Positions 48,653 through 63,000 of a stretch of DNA of 64,000 bases are shown piece after piece (position 1 is the first letter of the stretch; every line of letters starts with the position of its first letter). Both the position numbers and the translations under genes were made by a program. The notes beneath the pieces were generated by a model. That model did not search any database. It worked only from the letters and a program-made list of their open reading frames with translations, and was not told where the DNA came from. The stretch is taken from IMG/VR virus record IMGVR_UViG_3300043436_004687, positions 124,001 to 188,000 of that record. One strand, 5' to 3'.

Positions 48653-51409
48653 TTATAAATTTTCAAATGATGCCCCAGTAGGGTTTATTGTAAATTCTAA
48701 ATTTATAAATTCTAATGAATTAGTTGGTTTAAGGTGTATTCTTCCATTTAATTCTCTTCTATCTAAAGATTCTGGACTTCTATCAACTTCAACTCTAAAA
48801 TCACTTAAACCTCTTTGCGCACGTATATTAGAAAGTATAGGGTTAACCAATTTTAAAAACTGATCTCTAGCCACATCGTCATTTTGTTCAAATAAAAGTC
48901 TAATAGCCACAGCTGAAATTAATTTTCTAGTTTGTAGTAATAAACGTCTAACACTTATTTGACTAAGAGCAGTATCTTTAACTTGTAATGTTTTATTCCC
49001 CCAAACTTTAATACCCTCAGAAGCAAATGTTATAATCGGATTAATTCTATTTTCGTAAAGTGTATCTCTTTCGGTAATAGTTAATTTTTTTCTAGATTTA
49101 ACAGCATCTATTTCACCTCTACTCATACCAGCTATCGCAAACCATGGGTAAGATATGTTATCAGTTAATGCAATATTTCTTACTACATCTCTAGTTGGTG
49201 GTAAATACACCAATACATTATTTTCAGTATCATTAACCTGATTCCAAGGCCAGTAAGTTGCTGAATAATTAGAATCAATTCCACTATCGTTAAGTATATC
49301 ACCAGCTTCTTCTGCTGTCATTACATCACCACTTGATGCATCTGGCATAGTAATTATATATAATGAATCTGCTCTTTCTTGTTCAATCATTTCAACAGTT
49401 TGTTCAACTAAATTAGTATTGTCTCTAAGATCGATACCAGGAGTTGCAAAAACATTAATATTATTTGATTCTGGGTTAGAAAAAGTTCTAATAGCTTCTA
49501 AGAACGCATAAAAATCAGAAGTATTACCTAACTCCCCATTAGTTAATGATAGTTGTTTAAATGGGCCAGATGGGTTCGTACCAACAACTGCTTTAGATTG
49601 ACCAATAGCATAAGCATCACCATGAGTTCTATTGGTTCTATAAATATCCCATCCATCAAATCCACCATAAGGAGCAAATGTGAATTTTCTAGAATATAAT
49701 TTTGCATAGTCTGTACCAACTAGAGAATTTTCATTTTGGAATGATGCATTACCAACAGATAAAACAGCTGGTTTTCCATTTAATATAGCACCATTTGCGT
49801 TAATGTCTAAGTGGAAACCACTAGTTGTAGCTGAAAAATCAATATCATCAATTCTTTTACAATCAAAAAAATCTTGATCAATACCTACTTTACTTGTTAT
49901 ACCTAAATAAGATTTTCTTTTATTTTCAAATTGAGTGTAAGCTGTTTTATATTCAATATCTGGAGCTAAAGCATTTCCATAATTTCTTAGTGGAACACCC
50001 ATAAAACCAGCTGGAAATGAATCACTTGTATTATCTTCAGTATTAACATCAGCTAATATGTATTTTGAATTGGATGTAAATTCACCATCTACGGTACCTA
50101 TTTTTCTCCCAATGAAACTAGCTGATTTTGGGTCCATAACACATCTTGAAAATCTTTCAAGTATTACTGGGTTATCATCAGTATCATAAAAAGCTCTAAC
50201 TAAAACATCAAATTCTTTTTCTGTTGGTTTTATATTTGCTATCGATATTTTAAATTCTTCATTTGCTGAATTACCATCAGATATTGTATAGAATCTAAAT
50301 AATCTTTTAATTGTATTACCATTTAATTCAGATAATACAAATGGTGTAATGGCTTCAGAATATCTATATTTATAGTTAGAAAATTCTGTATTGTAAGCAA
50401 CCAAACTAGTTTTTAAACCACGAATTTTACCAGCTAACAATAAATCAGAAAACATATTTTCGAATATTTCTTCAACAAATATACTAGCCTTACCATCTTG
50501 AGCTTCTCTACCTAATACTCTAGTAATATAATTTTTCTTTGTTTTATCTAAAGAAATTTCATAATTAAAAGCACCTTGAGTTAATGAAGTTCCAGTTAAA
50601 TTGAAATCACCTAATGGTGAGGTATTAGAACCATTTAATGTTAAATCACCAGAATTAACTATTTCAAATTCTAAATTTTCATCACCATCATATTTACCTC
50701 TACTTCTTAATAAAACAACTACTTTATCTTCTATGTTGGTAAATGCTTTAGCTGAATAAGTACTTGCTGTCAAAGAAGTAACACCAGTAAATCCAGAAGG
50801 TATTGTACCACTTGATAATACAGTTAAGTTTGCACTAACACCTGAAAAATCTGTTGAATTTACCTTAGAATAAGTAGTATCAATAGAATATGAACTACCA
50901 GAACTTAAATATGATAAACCTTGTAATGAAATTTTACCATTAATAAATAATTGATTTATTGTTGGGTTTGTTGTTTGAATTGAGGTTATTGTACCACCAG
51001 TATTTGCTGAATAAGATAAAGTTGATATTGTAGTAGCACTATTAGTTAGTAAAGTGCTCTCATCCATTGCAGCATCTAAAGTTATAGCCCAAGCTTTACC
51101 AGCATTATAACCAGAAAACCCTAAGACTCTAGTAACAAATAATTGATTTGATTTAGTGAAATACGATTTTGCAATATAAGGTAATTCATATTGAGGGTTA
51201 CCATTATCTTTAAATTTTTTAGGGTTTAAACCACCAAAAAATGATTTAAACTCATCGTAACCAGATACAAATATTGGTTGAAATGCTGGACCCTTTACGG
51301 TTTCACCAACTAAACCAAGAGTGGTAACACCAACTTGTTTAGTTATATATGTTAAATCTTTTTCAGTTGTGTATACCCCTGGGCTAACATGTGTTCTATT
51401 TGATATCAT
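48653..51409 (-). CDS. tail sheath protein (T4 gp18-like)
   Basis: SPGVYTTEKD, GETVKGPAF, PWFAIAG, INPI, WGNKTL, VRRLL. Confidence 0.93.
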   Translation of the reverse strand: MISNRTHVSPGVYTTEKDLTYITKQVGVTTLGLVGETVKGPAFQPIFVSGYDEFKSFFGGLNPKKFKDNGNPQYELPYIAKSYFTKSNQLFVTRVLGFSGYNAGKAWAITLDAAMDESTLLTNSATTISTLSYSANTGGTITSIQTTNPTINQLFINGKISLQGLSYLSSGSSYSIDTTYSKVNSTDFSGVSANLTVLSSGTIPSGFTGVTSLTASTYSAKAFTNIEDKVVVLLRSRGKYDGDENLEFEIVNSGDLTLNGSNTSPLGDFNLTGTSLTQGAFNYEISLDKTKKNYITRVLGREAQDGKASIFVEEIFENMFSDLLLAGKIRGLKTSLVAYNTEFSNYKYRYSEAITPFVLSELNGNTIKRLFRFYTISDGNSANEEFKISIANIKPTEKEFDVLVRAFYDTDDNPVILERFSRCVMDPKSASFIGRKIGTVDGEFTSNSKYILADVNTEDNTSDSFPAGFMGVPLRNYGNALAPDIEYKTAYTQFENKRKSYLGITSKVGIDQDFFDCKRIDDIDFSATTSGFHLDINANGAILNGKPAVLSVGNASFQNENSLVGTDYAKLYSRKFTFAPYGGFDGWDIYRTNRTHGDAYAIGQSKAVVGTNPSGPFKQLSLTNGELGNTSDFYAFLEAIRTFSNPESNNINVFATPGIDLRDNTNLVEQTVEMIEQERADSLYIITMPDASSGDVMTAEEAGDILNDSGIDSNYSATYWPWNQVNDTENNVLVYLPPTRDVVRNIALTDNISYPWFAIAGMSRGEIDAVKSRKKLTITERDTLYENRINPIITFASEGIKVWGNKTLQVKDTALSQISVRRLLLQTRKLISAVAIRLLFEQNDDVARDQFLKLVNPILSNIRAQRGLSDFRVEVDRSPESLDRRELNGRIHLKPTNSLEFINLEFTINPTGASFENL

Positions 51410-51497
51410 CTATTAATTTAAATTAATTTTATTATTTATATATAAATATTAAATAATAAAGTAAAAAACTTTATTGGTTATTATTTATTGATTTATT

Positions 51498-54166
<2,669 letters not shown>

Positions 54167-54174
54167 ATAAGCAT

Positions 54175-54720
54175 CTAAATTAATGATAGTTGACTACCAG
54201 AAACAGAAAATGTTCCACCAGAAGTGTTTGTATAAGTCGTAGTGTCATTTAAAACATTATAAGTTGCACCAGTTACATAAATATCTGGTCTAGTATCACC
54301 AGTTAAAAATCCACTTACACTAAATGAATTCCCATTGTTATTATTTATAATTAAAGTACCATTTGAATAAGTACCGCCAGTTGAATAGGTGTCCACACCT
54401 ACAATTGAACTTATATCTGCTAATTCAAAACCATTAGTACTCCCAGAAAGAAATTTACCCACTAATCCGCTACCAGAAATATTTTGATATGATATTATTT
54501 TATTTCTTAATTTTATATCATATAGGTTGGAACCAACCTCAAAAAATGTTGGGTTTGTGTTCAGAGGTGTCCAATTATTTGTTGACATACTATTACCTGA
54601 AAATAATAATATACCCTCTGCTGTGTTAATTATAGGTTCACCTAATAATAGTGAAATTGGTAATGGTCTATTAACAATATTACTATTTTTAATGATGTGT
54701 GTTGTATTTCTTTTTGCCAT
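54175..54720 (-). CDS. tail fibre, N-terminal frame (probably one gene with 51824-54166, split by a 1-nt shift)
   Basis: LGEPIINTAEG..F N-terminus, DTYSTGGTY/DIYVTGATY repeats; ends in a TAG, rare here. Confidence 0.6.
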   Translation of the reverse strand: MAKRNTTHIIKNSNIVNRPLPISLLLGEPIINTAEGILLFSGNSMSTNNWTPLNTNPTFFEVGSNLYDIKLRNKIISYQNISGSGLVGKFLSGSTNGFELADISSIVGVDTYSTGGTYSNGTLIINNNNGNSFSVSGFLTGDTRPDIYVTGATYNVLNDTTTYTNTSGGTFSVSGSQLSLI

Positions 54721-54725
54721 ATTTT

Positions 54726-55100
54726 TTAATAATTACCCCCAAATAAAACATCATCTGTTATTATTGAGTTTTCTGCTGTTATATTTCTTAAATTATTTTC
54801 TAAATCTAAACCTAAACTTAAAATCGGTGTTGTGATTTTTATAGTACTTTCCCAATAAGAAGTATTACCAGATAATGAATTAATTTCCCTAAATCTTTTA
54901 TTAGTCGTACCTAAATCAACTTGTCCATTTATTGGTGTTATAGTTTTATTAAATTGTGTTTCACCACTAGTTAATATTATTATATTATCACTATCACAAG
55001 ATTCTATAATATTAGCTTTTATTGGGCATAATAAATCAGGTGGTGTTGGATCAACATCACATTCACCTATAATAAATGTTTTTTTTATTATCTTATTCAT
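54726..55100 (-). CDS. putative tail-fibre-associated structural protein
   Basis: DLGTTNKRFREI motif and C-terminal GGNY. Confidence 0.55.
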   Translation of the reverse strand: MNKIIKKTFIIGECDVDPTPPDLLCPIKANIIESCDSDNIIILTSGETQFNKTITPINGQVDLGTTNKRFREINSLSGNTSYWESTIKITTPILSLGLDLENNLRNITAENSIITDDVLFGGNY

Positions 55101-56124
55101 TTAATTCCCCAATTAATTTAAAACTACTATCTTGATAAATATTCCTATCAATTCTAATGTTTATATTATCACCTATTGAAACATTAAATGGTAAACTTAT
55201 TGGGTTACCATTAATAGTAAAAGTCGGGTTAGAACAATTTACTAAATTATCAATATTAACAATTCTTTTTTCATTCGTTATGGTAAAATTAGTTGATGTG
55301 AACTCAGAACAAGAAAAAATAAAATCATAAATAAAATTTTCATTGGTTTTTGAAACAACGTATTTTGGTTTAAAAGATTTTTTTGAAATTTCACTAAAAA
55401 CCACACCCCTACTAATTGTAGGTATTACCTCAAATTCATTTTCATTTAAAATATATCCTTGCAATGTAATTTCATTCAAATTGATATAAAATCTTTTACC
55501 TTCTAAATCGTAAGGACTTTCATCACTAACACTTTCTCTTATTGTTGGCATTGGGTGTCCATTAACATTGATATAAGCTTGTCTAGCATTATATATGGTT
55601 GACATTTTACTTGAAAAAGTATTAATTTCTTCTAATCTATTACAAAATAATCTAACCTCATAATTAATATCAACACAAGTAGGTTGTGGTATTTTATATA
55701 AATCAATTCCAGTTCTACCACCTTCATTTATTGGTACTTTAATATATGTATAATTCCTATGACCAGGTATATTCCATAAGCCAATTTGGTTAGTACCTTC
55801 TTGAATATCTGGTTTTCTAACAATAGAAATAAATGGTAATTTCAAGTCTTTAAAATTATCAGTAAATTCCCAAGTTTTTGAAAATTCTGACCATCTTTGG
55901 ATTGTTAATAAAATAACTGGTACTTTTTTACCTTTTATAGTTAACTCTAGCTCATCCCTAATAAAATTTTCAAAAGCATCATCCATATCACCAATAGTGA
56001 TACCATTAGGTAAAAAATCACCCTTGTTAAAAATATTTTCACTAATTTCTTTTCGTCTAGTAACACCTTCGTTTAATGGTGCTAATCTAACATTTTTTAT
56101 AAATCCTTTTCCTAATGCACACAT
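55093..56124 (-). CDS. tail terminator / sheath stabiliser (gp15-like)
   Basis: KVPVI..QRW, LPFISIVR, PQPTCVDINYEV; position next to neck gene. Confidence 0.55.
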   Translation of the reverse strand: MCALGKGFIKNVRLAPLNEGVTRRKEISENIFNKGDFLPNGITIGDMDDAFENFIRDELELTIKGKKVPVILLTIQRWSEFSKTWEFTDNFKDLKLPFISIVRKPDIQEGTNQIGLWNIPGHRNYTYIKVPINEGGRTGIDLYKIPQPTCVDINYEVRLFCNRLEEINTFSSKMSTIYNARQAYINVNGHPMPTIRESVSDESPYDLEGKRFYINLNEITLQGYILNENEFEVIPTISRGVVFSEISKKSFKPKYVVSKTNENFIYDFIFSCSEFTSTNFTITNEKRIVNIDNLVNCSNPTFTINGNPISLPFNVSIGDNINIRIDRNIYQDSSFKLIGELNE

Positions 56125-56126
56125 AT

Positions 56127-56651
56127 TTATTTACCTGAAAATTCATTATTATCAATAGCAGCACAAACCACCGTTCTATAATATCCTTTATAACCCATTA
56201 TTGTATGTGAGTTATCAAAATTTTTAATTCCATCATCAACTATGGCATAAAATATTCTAATATTTTCATTAGTATCAAAACCTATGAAATCACCGTAAGT
56301 CAATTCAATTTTTAATTCATCTAGTGTTTTATTAAATACCTTAAACGTTAATTTACCATTTTGAGCATAACGTAAAGTTCCACTATTATTATTATATGCT
56401 TTATTTTCTGTTTTATCTATTTTATAAGAAGCTACATATAAATCAATTGGTTCATGATAATTAATTTGATCTTCATCAGCTTCACCATATCTATCCATCA
56501 CCTGAGTCTTAGTTCTATCAACTCTATATAATATAACCTTGGTATTATTATCACCCTCTAAAGCTTCTCTACTAAAATCTATCTCTAATTGATAATCAAT
56601 ATCTGAAAAAAATTTATTATTTCTATTTATTGGAGTTGCTTCTTTATTCAT
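56127..56651 (-). CDS. head completion / neck protein (gp14-like)
   Basis: VILYRVD....DRYGEA, GDFIG; neck-region context. Confidence 0.5.
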   Translation of the reverse strand: MNKEATPINRNNKFFSDIDYQLEIDFSREALEGDNNTKVILYRVDRTKTQVMDRYGEADEDQINYHEPIDLYVASYKIDKTENKAYNNNSGTLRYAQNGKLTFKVFNKTLDELKIELTYGDFIGFDTNENIRIFYAIVDDGIKNFDNSHTIMGYKGYYRTVVCAAIDNNEFSGK

Positions 56652-56738
56652 AATGGAGTATTTAACTATAAATATTGATTTTTATAATAAAAATGATTAT
56701 ATTATTTCTGTAACTAATAAAACAATTATAATAATGAT

Positions 56739-58565
56739 TTGATAGATTTAAGTAAAATAAAAAGTCGTTCGGCAATCACCAATTTAGAAAATTATTCTGG
56801 TAAAAATCCTTATTTGAGAAAATTGAAGTTAGATTTCTTAAAAACAAGAAATATTAACTTTACTGAAACTCAAATACGATACATTAATAATTTTCATAGT
56901 TTAGAACCACAATTAATAAATAGAGTGGTTTCACTACAAGAATTCTTCGGGTTACAACTTCAAGAACAATTAAAGCTTGAGTTTATACCAAAAAGAATTT
57001 TAATTGAATATATGCTTGCAGATACTGATAAAAGTTACCATGTATTTGGAAAATTAACAACCAAACAAAAAGAATCTAAAATGTATTGGTTACCTAAATC
57101 AATGGTTTTAGATGATCCTTATTTTGAGGAAATTAATGTTGAAGTTGATTTTACACCATATGAAAAATGTTTACAAGAGAAAAAAGGTTTTAAAGTATTA
57201 GAACATCAGAAATCGGGTGTTAAATTTTTATTAAGTAGAAAAAAATGTATCCTTGGTGATGATATGGGTGTTACAAAGACAGTCACTTCAATTATGGCCG
57301 CTATTGAAGGTGGTTATAAAAAAGTTTTAGTTATTTGCCCAGCTTCAGTAAAAATAAATTGGGAGCGTGAGATAAACATTTTTGATGATAATACTTGTAT
57401 TGTTGATGGAATGCGTTGGGAAGAAAATAAATTCACTATAATTAATTATGATATTCTTAGAAATTTTCACTCGGTAGGTAAACCAAATACAGAAGAAGGT
57501 GAAAAGGCAATTAGAAACATTGTTAATGGTAATTTTGATTTAATAGTAATTGATGAGGCACATAAAATTAAGGATAAAGATTCTATTAGGAGTCAAATTA
57601 TTAATGATATTTGTCTTAATTATGGTGATAAAGATGTTTGGTTATTAAGTGGTACTCCAGTGGCAAACAGACCTATGGATTTTTATAATCTTTTAAAATT
57701 AATTAAATGTCCTTTAGTTGAAAATTGGAATTTTTATGTGAAACGTTATTGTGATGGTAAACAAATAACTACCACTTTAAAAAATGGTAAAAAGAAAAAA
57801 GTTTGGATTACTAATGGAGCCTCTAATTTAGAAGAATTACAAGTTAGAACTAAAAATATACTTTTAAGGCGTTTAAAATCTGAGGTTTTAGATATGCCAG
57901 AAAAAACAATCACTAATGTATTTCATAAATTAGATGATTCTTCGTTTAAAGAATATGATAGAATATGGGATGAATATTTACTTGAAAGAAAAGCTTTAAA
58001 AAAGAAGGGTACCGTCTCTAGAGAAATGACTGAATCGTTATTTTTACGTAAATTTATTGCTATGCAATCCATTCCACATACAATTGAAATGGTGAATAAT
58101 GCGATAGAACAAGGTGAAAAGGTAGTTGTATTTACAACTTTTAAAGATGAACAAAAACAATTAGAAGAGGCTTTTGGTAATATTTGTGTGGTTCATAATG
58201 GTGATATGTCTAATAAAGATAAACAAATATCAGTAGATGCCTTCCAAAATAAAGATAAGATAAAAGTATTTATTGGTAATGTGATATCAGCTGGTGTTGG
58301 GATTACATTAACTAAGGGGTCTATTTGTATATTTAATTCTTTTTCTTGGGTTCCTGGTGAAAATGAACAAGCTGAGGATAGAATCTATAGATTAGGTCAG
58401 TTAAACAATTGTAAAATTTACTACCAAGTATTTTTAGATACGATTTCAATAAAAATGTTAGAAAGTTTAAAAAGAAAGAGTAGTAATATTAGTAAAATTG
58501 TAGGTGATAAAGAAAAAGAAGAGTCTTTAGAATCTATATTAGATGAAATTTTAAATTATGAATAA
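56739..58565 (+). CDS. SNF2-family (SF2) helicase
   Basis: HQ..GV, DDMGVTKT, IDEAH, LSGTPVANRP, LRRLK, GVGITLT, QAEDRIYRLGQ. Confidence 0.9.
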   Translation: MIDLSKIKSRSAITNLENYSGKNPYLRKLKLDFLKTRNINFTETQIRYINNFHSLEPQLINRVVSLQEFFGLQLQEQLKLEFIPKRILIEYMLADTDKSYHVFGKLTTKQKESKMYWLPKSMVLDDPYFEEINVEVDFTPYEKCLQEKKGFKVLEHQKSGVKFLLSRKKCILGDDMGVTKTVTSIMAAIEGGYKKVLVICPASVKINWEREINIFDDNTCIVDGMRWEENKFTIINYDILRNFHSVGKPNTEEGEKAIRNIVNGNFDLIVIDEAHKIKDKDSIRSQIINDICLNYGDKDVWLLSGTPVANRPMDFYNLLKLIKCPLVENWNFYVKRYCDGKQITTTLKNGKKKKVWITNGASNLEELQVRTKNILLRRLKSEVLDMPEKTITNVFHKLDDSSFKEYDRIWDEYLLERKALKKKGTVSREMTESLFLRKFIAMQSIPHTIEMVNNAIEQGEKVVVFTTFKDEQKQLEEAFGNICVVHNGDMSNKDKQISVDAFQNKDKIKVFIGNVISAGVGITLTKGSICIFNSFSWVPGENEQAEDRIYRLGQLNNCKIYYQVFLDTISIKMLESLKRKSSNISKIVGDKEKEESLESILDEILNYE

Positions 58566-58821
58566 AATAACTATAATTTCGGCACCCTATTGTTCATATT
58601 GTTTAGAATTAAAAGAAAGATTAGGTAGATTAGATTTAAAATTCAATGATGTGGACATTACATTAGAAGAAAATAAAGTTGAATGTGAAAGATTATTTAA
58701 ATTTACGAATTCAGATTCTATCCCAATAATAATAGTTGGTAAAAATATTTTAATACCTAATAACAGTTTTAAAACTATTGAAGAAGCTTCTTTATTAATA
58801 GAAAAACTATATAAAGAATAA
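58558..58821 (+). CDS. glutaredoxin-like protein
   Basis: CSYC active site, SIP cis-Pro loop. Confidence 0.85.
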   Translation: MNKITIISAPYCSYCLELKERLGRLDLKFNDVDITLEENKVECERLFKFTNSDSIPIIIVGKNILIPNNSFKTIEEASLLIEKLYKE

Positions 58822-58847
58822 AATTAAAATATTTATAAATAAAAAAC

Positions 58848-59978
58848 ATGGCAATTTCAACAAAAGATAAAGATAAAATTTTTACTCAATTTAAACACCT
58901 TATAGGTGCTCCGATAAGATCAGCTGTCATAACTGACGAAATGCTTGAATCTTGCCTTGAATTAGCAATATCTGATTATTCTCAATATGTTCAAGAATGG
59001 CTTATTGAAAATAATTGGCAATCGTTATTTGGTAAAAATATAGATACTACTGATTTTGCATTTGCTTTGAGCACTAGAAGTCTTGATTTTACAACTCAAT
59101 CTACTTACGCTTACTCTAAAAAAGTTGGTTTACAAGCAAATGGTCCTTGGGAATTGAAAAAAGATTTCATTGATATTGAGCCTGGTAGACAAGTTTATCA
59201 AATACCAGCTGGTAGAGAAGTTAATGAAGTACTTTGGATTACCCCATCAAGTATTGATGCTGCTATATATGCAAATTATGGTGGTCTTAATGCTGGTTTT
59301 GGGTCAAGTTTAGGGCCAGTTAGTACTGGTTATAATTCTGGTGGTATGGTTGGTGGTTATTATTTAGCACCAGCATTTGATATTTTATTAACAGCTTCTG
59401 ATTTAGGTTTAAAAAATAAAATACTTAGAAGTGATTTAGCTTATAAGATAACAGCTGGTCCAGATGGTACTAGATTACTTCATCTTATGAATGTTCCAGG
59501 GTCTAAATTAAATTTTGGTGGACCATCTAATCAAAATGGTATATTAGGTTCTGTGGGTAGTAGAGTTTGGTATCATTATTATGAAACATCCCCAGAAAAT
59601 TTAGATAAATGTAGAGAATTAAATCCTGATATTGTTAAAATGCCTAACGAGGTTCCATTAGATGAATTAAGTTATTCTGATTTAAATTCACCGACTAAAA
59701 CACTTGTTAGACAATTATTTTTCGCATATGCGAAAATGTCTTTAGCTAATGTTATGGGTAGATTTGGTGGTGTTGTAGGTGTTGAAGGTGCTGAAAGAAC
59801 TATGAATTATGAATCTTACGCTAATGATGGTAAAGAAGAACGAAAAGAAGTTTTAGCTAGGTTGGATGAAAGACTTGTTAGATTATCCTCAGAAAAACAA
59901 TTAGAAAGAGCAGCTTCAGAAGCTGAAAATTTAAATAAAACACTACAATATCAACCATTAGGTATTTATATTAAATAA
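58848..59978 (+). CDS. neck / head-tail adaptor protein (gp13-like)
   Basis: IGAPIRSAVITDEMLESCLELAI N-terminus; AKMSLANVMGRF; C-terminal PLGIY. Confidence 0.7.
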   Translation: MAISTKDKDKIFTQFKHLIGAPIRSAVITDEMLESCLELAISDYSQYVQEWLIENNWQSLFGKNIDTTDFAFALSTRSLDFTTQSTYAYSKKVGLQANGPWELKKDFIDIEPGRQVYQIPAGREVNEVLWITPSSIDAAIYANYGGLNAGFGSSLGPVSTGYNSGGMVGGYYLAPAFDILLTASDLGLKNKILRSDLAYKITAGPDGTRLLHLMNVPGSKLNFGGPSNQNGILGSVGSRVWYHYYETSPENLDKCRELNPDIVKMPNEVPLDELSYSDLNSPTKTLVRQLFFAYAKMSLANVMGRFGGVVGVEGAERTMNYESYANDGKEERKEVLARLDERLVRLSSEKQLERAASEAENLNKTLQYQPLGIYIK

Positions 59979-59979
59979 A

Positions 59980-60010
59980 AAAAATGCGATTAATAAATAA
60001 TCGCATTTTT
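59980..60010. terminator. bidirectional intrinsic terminator
   Basis: AAAAATGCGATTA-ATAAA-TAATCGCATTTTT between convergent genes. Confidence 0.85.
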
Positions 60011-60013
60011 AAT

Positions 60014-63000
60014 TTAATCTCTAACCTCAAATTCTTTGGGTAATATTACATTATCTGGAATAAATTTCTTTAGTTTCTCAAATAAACCTTTTATTGTATC
60101 TATTGAATGTCCAGCATTTTCAGTGCCGAATTTAGTAACTAAAAATTTAAGGTGTGGGTGTTTTTTAGCATATAATACCATATCTTGTATTCCTTTACCT
60201 ATTTCGTTAGGGGTTTTACTTAATTTAGCACCTGGACTAGTAACCGTTGTTATTCCCCAAGCTTTACCACAATTTGATAATCTATTGTCCATAATTTCTC
60301 CTTGTTCTACCCAACCATTAGCAGTTGCGACACTAGCAGACATGTTAGGATATTTTTCTGGGTTTCCATTAATACCTAATGGGTTAGAACCAAAGACAAA
60401 TACTTCGTTTTCCTCTAAATAAGTAATTTTTTGAGATGTATATTCTTTATAATTTTCAAAATATGTGTTTTTAGTTAATATAATAGGTTCAATATTTTCT
60501 TCGTTAACAATATCCTTAGTTTTCAACCAATCTTCATAGGTTAATTTTTCAGTAGAATTTGACATGTAAAATTCATCTCTTTCAATGGCATCATTTTCAT
60601 ACAAAAATAAATCTGTTAATGAGTAAATAATGTCTTTACCATATTTATCAGATATTAAAAGTAATTCATCGTTTATGGTTTCTGTTGATAAAAGCATTGA
60701 TAATGATTTAGGTAAAACACCATGATTTCTAAAATCATTTATATCTGATAATTCTAATCTTTTTATTCTATCATCAATTAATAATTTTTCGTTAGCAATT
60801 CCTTCTATTCTATCTTTAGCAACTCTTTCTAAATATTCTGATTTTATTATTTCCCATTCATTCTCATCAATGTTGTTAGGAACTTTATTAACTCTAGTCC
60901 AGAATGCTAATTCCTTATCTTCAAATGTCATCAAAGCTTCATAAGTATCTTGATCAGACTCAAGAAATGGTTGTCCAGAACATAATTCACATTCTTTTCT
61001 AGTGAAAAATTCCCTATCCATTAATTCCATTTCTTTTGTTTTACTATTCTTTTTATAATCAATTAGAATTCTGTTTCTAATTTCTGGTGTAAAACAAACT
61101 AATAGTGGTTTAATCCTTTTATTAAAAGCGGCAAGATACTTAGGTGCATTATATTCATCCGTTGTCAAATTAGGGTTATTTTCAATTTGTTCCGTTGGAA
61201 TTAATTTACACATCAATTCAACTTCAACTCCACCCCCCGCTTTTTTTATGGTTTTAATATCACCTTGTGTTTTTAATGTACCAGTATTAACATAATAGAT
61301 GATATCACCTAAATTAAGTTCTAAACCTTCTTTTAAGGCTAACTCCATATGTGCTTGTCTTGGCATTGGGTTACCAGCTTTATTCTTTTTAGAAAAACCA
61401 GCTTTATACGCTGATATTGTTTTTCTAATACTAGATTTAGAAGCTATTTTTACTAATGGTACTTGATAATTTATAATAGTTTGAACAGTTTTATGATAAG
61501 TTTCAATAAACTCATAACCATCACCATCTAAAAGCATTTTTATGCCCTTATCTAAAAATTCTTCTATATAAATTGGCATTTTTTTAGATTTAATAGTATT
61601 ACCTACTAATTTAATTTTACCATTTAAATTATTGGCATAATTTTTTCTAGCAAAATTAATTGTTGAAGTATATTTTGCATCAATATCTAAACCCATTTTA
61701 CCAAACATTAATTCTTCATTAAATTTAGCTACGGCAGCGTTTAATCCATTAATTTCTATTCCCTTGTATTTTTTGGTTAAACTATGAGTTCCTTTAGGCG
61801 TATATTTAAATTCTTCTAAACTATCTGGTAAATTAAAATTGTATCCATCAGTATCACCTACCAATGGTCTCATTTTATGATTATTATAAAAATTCTTAAC
61901 CATTAATCTTAGATATTGTCTACCCCTACATGTAATTTCAGCAGCGCAATCAATATCACCCCACGGAAATAAGTGCGGTGCTCCAAACGAACCAAAAAAT
62001 GAGTTAGCTAAAATTTTAACTGGTAATTGTTTTTTATCAAATTTATCGGCCAATCCCAATTCAATTTGTCTTTTAGTTTCTAGATTTTTTATTTTAGTGG
62101 GTGAATATATTTCTTTATTTTCAATAATTTCTTTTTCTAAAGCTTCTGCATTTTCTTCGTGAATACCTTTTAATTCTTTACTACTATCTCTAGTTTCAAC
62201 AATATAGTTTAATAACCCCATCATTACACCTGAAATGTCGTGTTCTGGAAATATATCATGTGTTAGTTGTTCTTTTGGGTATAAAGCAGCGTAGTCTAAT
62301 TTTCCCACATTTTTAGCATAACCCACTTCTAATAATCTTGAAAGACCACCAGGAAAAGTTTCTTGTGATTGTAGTTCTGGAATTGCAAGATTATTTTCAT
62401 AAGACCAAGCCATCATGATTAATTTCCAAATACCAGCAGTTCCCATTGTAGAACTTCTCATATAAGAAGTTGGAATAAGTTTACCTAATAAAAATGTTGC
62501 TTGATTAAAACGAGCGTCTACTTGTTCAGTTTCCCAAAGGTCATCAATAAGATATCTTCTTACTATTTCATCACCAGTAGTTTCAATATATCTATTAGTC
62601 TCTTCTAAATTAGATATTTTATCAATATGTTCCTGATTAGTTTCATCGTATTTAAACCAATCACCATTAGAATCATTTAAATAATATTTGTTTTTCCTAT
62701 CGGCCCATGTTTTATGGATTATTGAACCATCAATGTAAATTCTATTTGGTTTTGCTATTTTTGAGAATTTTGTAATGTATTTTAAACCTGCTTTTTTAAT
62801 ATCTGAATTAATTGCTTGTGCTCTTCTAACGGAGTGCATCACATCAATAACATTGGTACCCCAAATACAAGTTTGTTTATAATGTTCTACATTACCACCT
62901 AATTTTAATTGGGCATCTTTACGGTGTATTTTTATTTTTGGGTTTAAAGTTTTTGCAATTTCATCTATTTTTAAACTTAATATATCACCTCTACCAAAAA

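Noticed and set aside
54175-54177. TAG stop-codon reassignment
   Set aside because: Long genes are intact under the standard code, and reading through this TAG meets a TAA after 7 codons; a frameshift explains it better.
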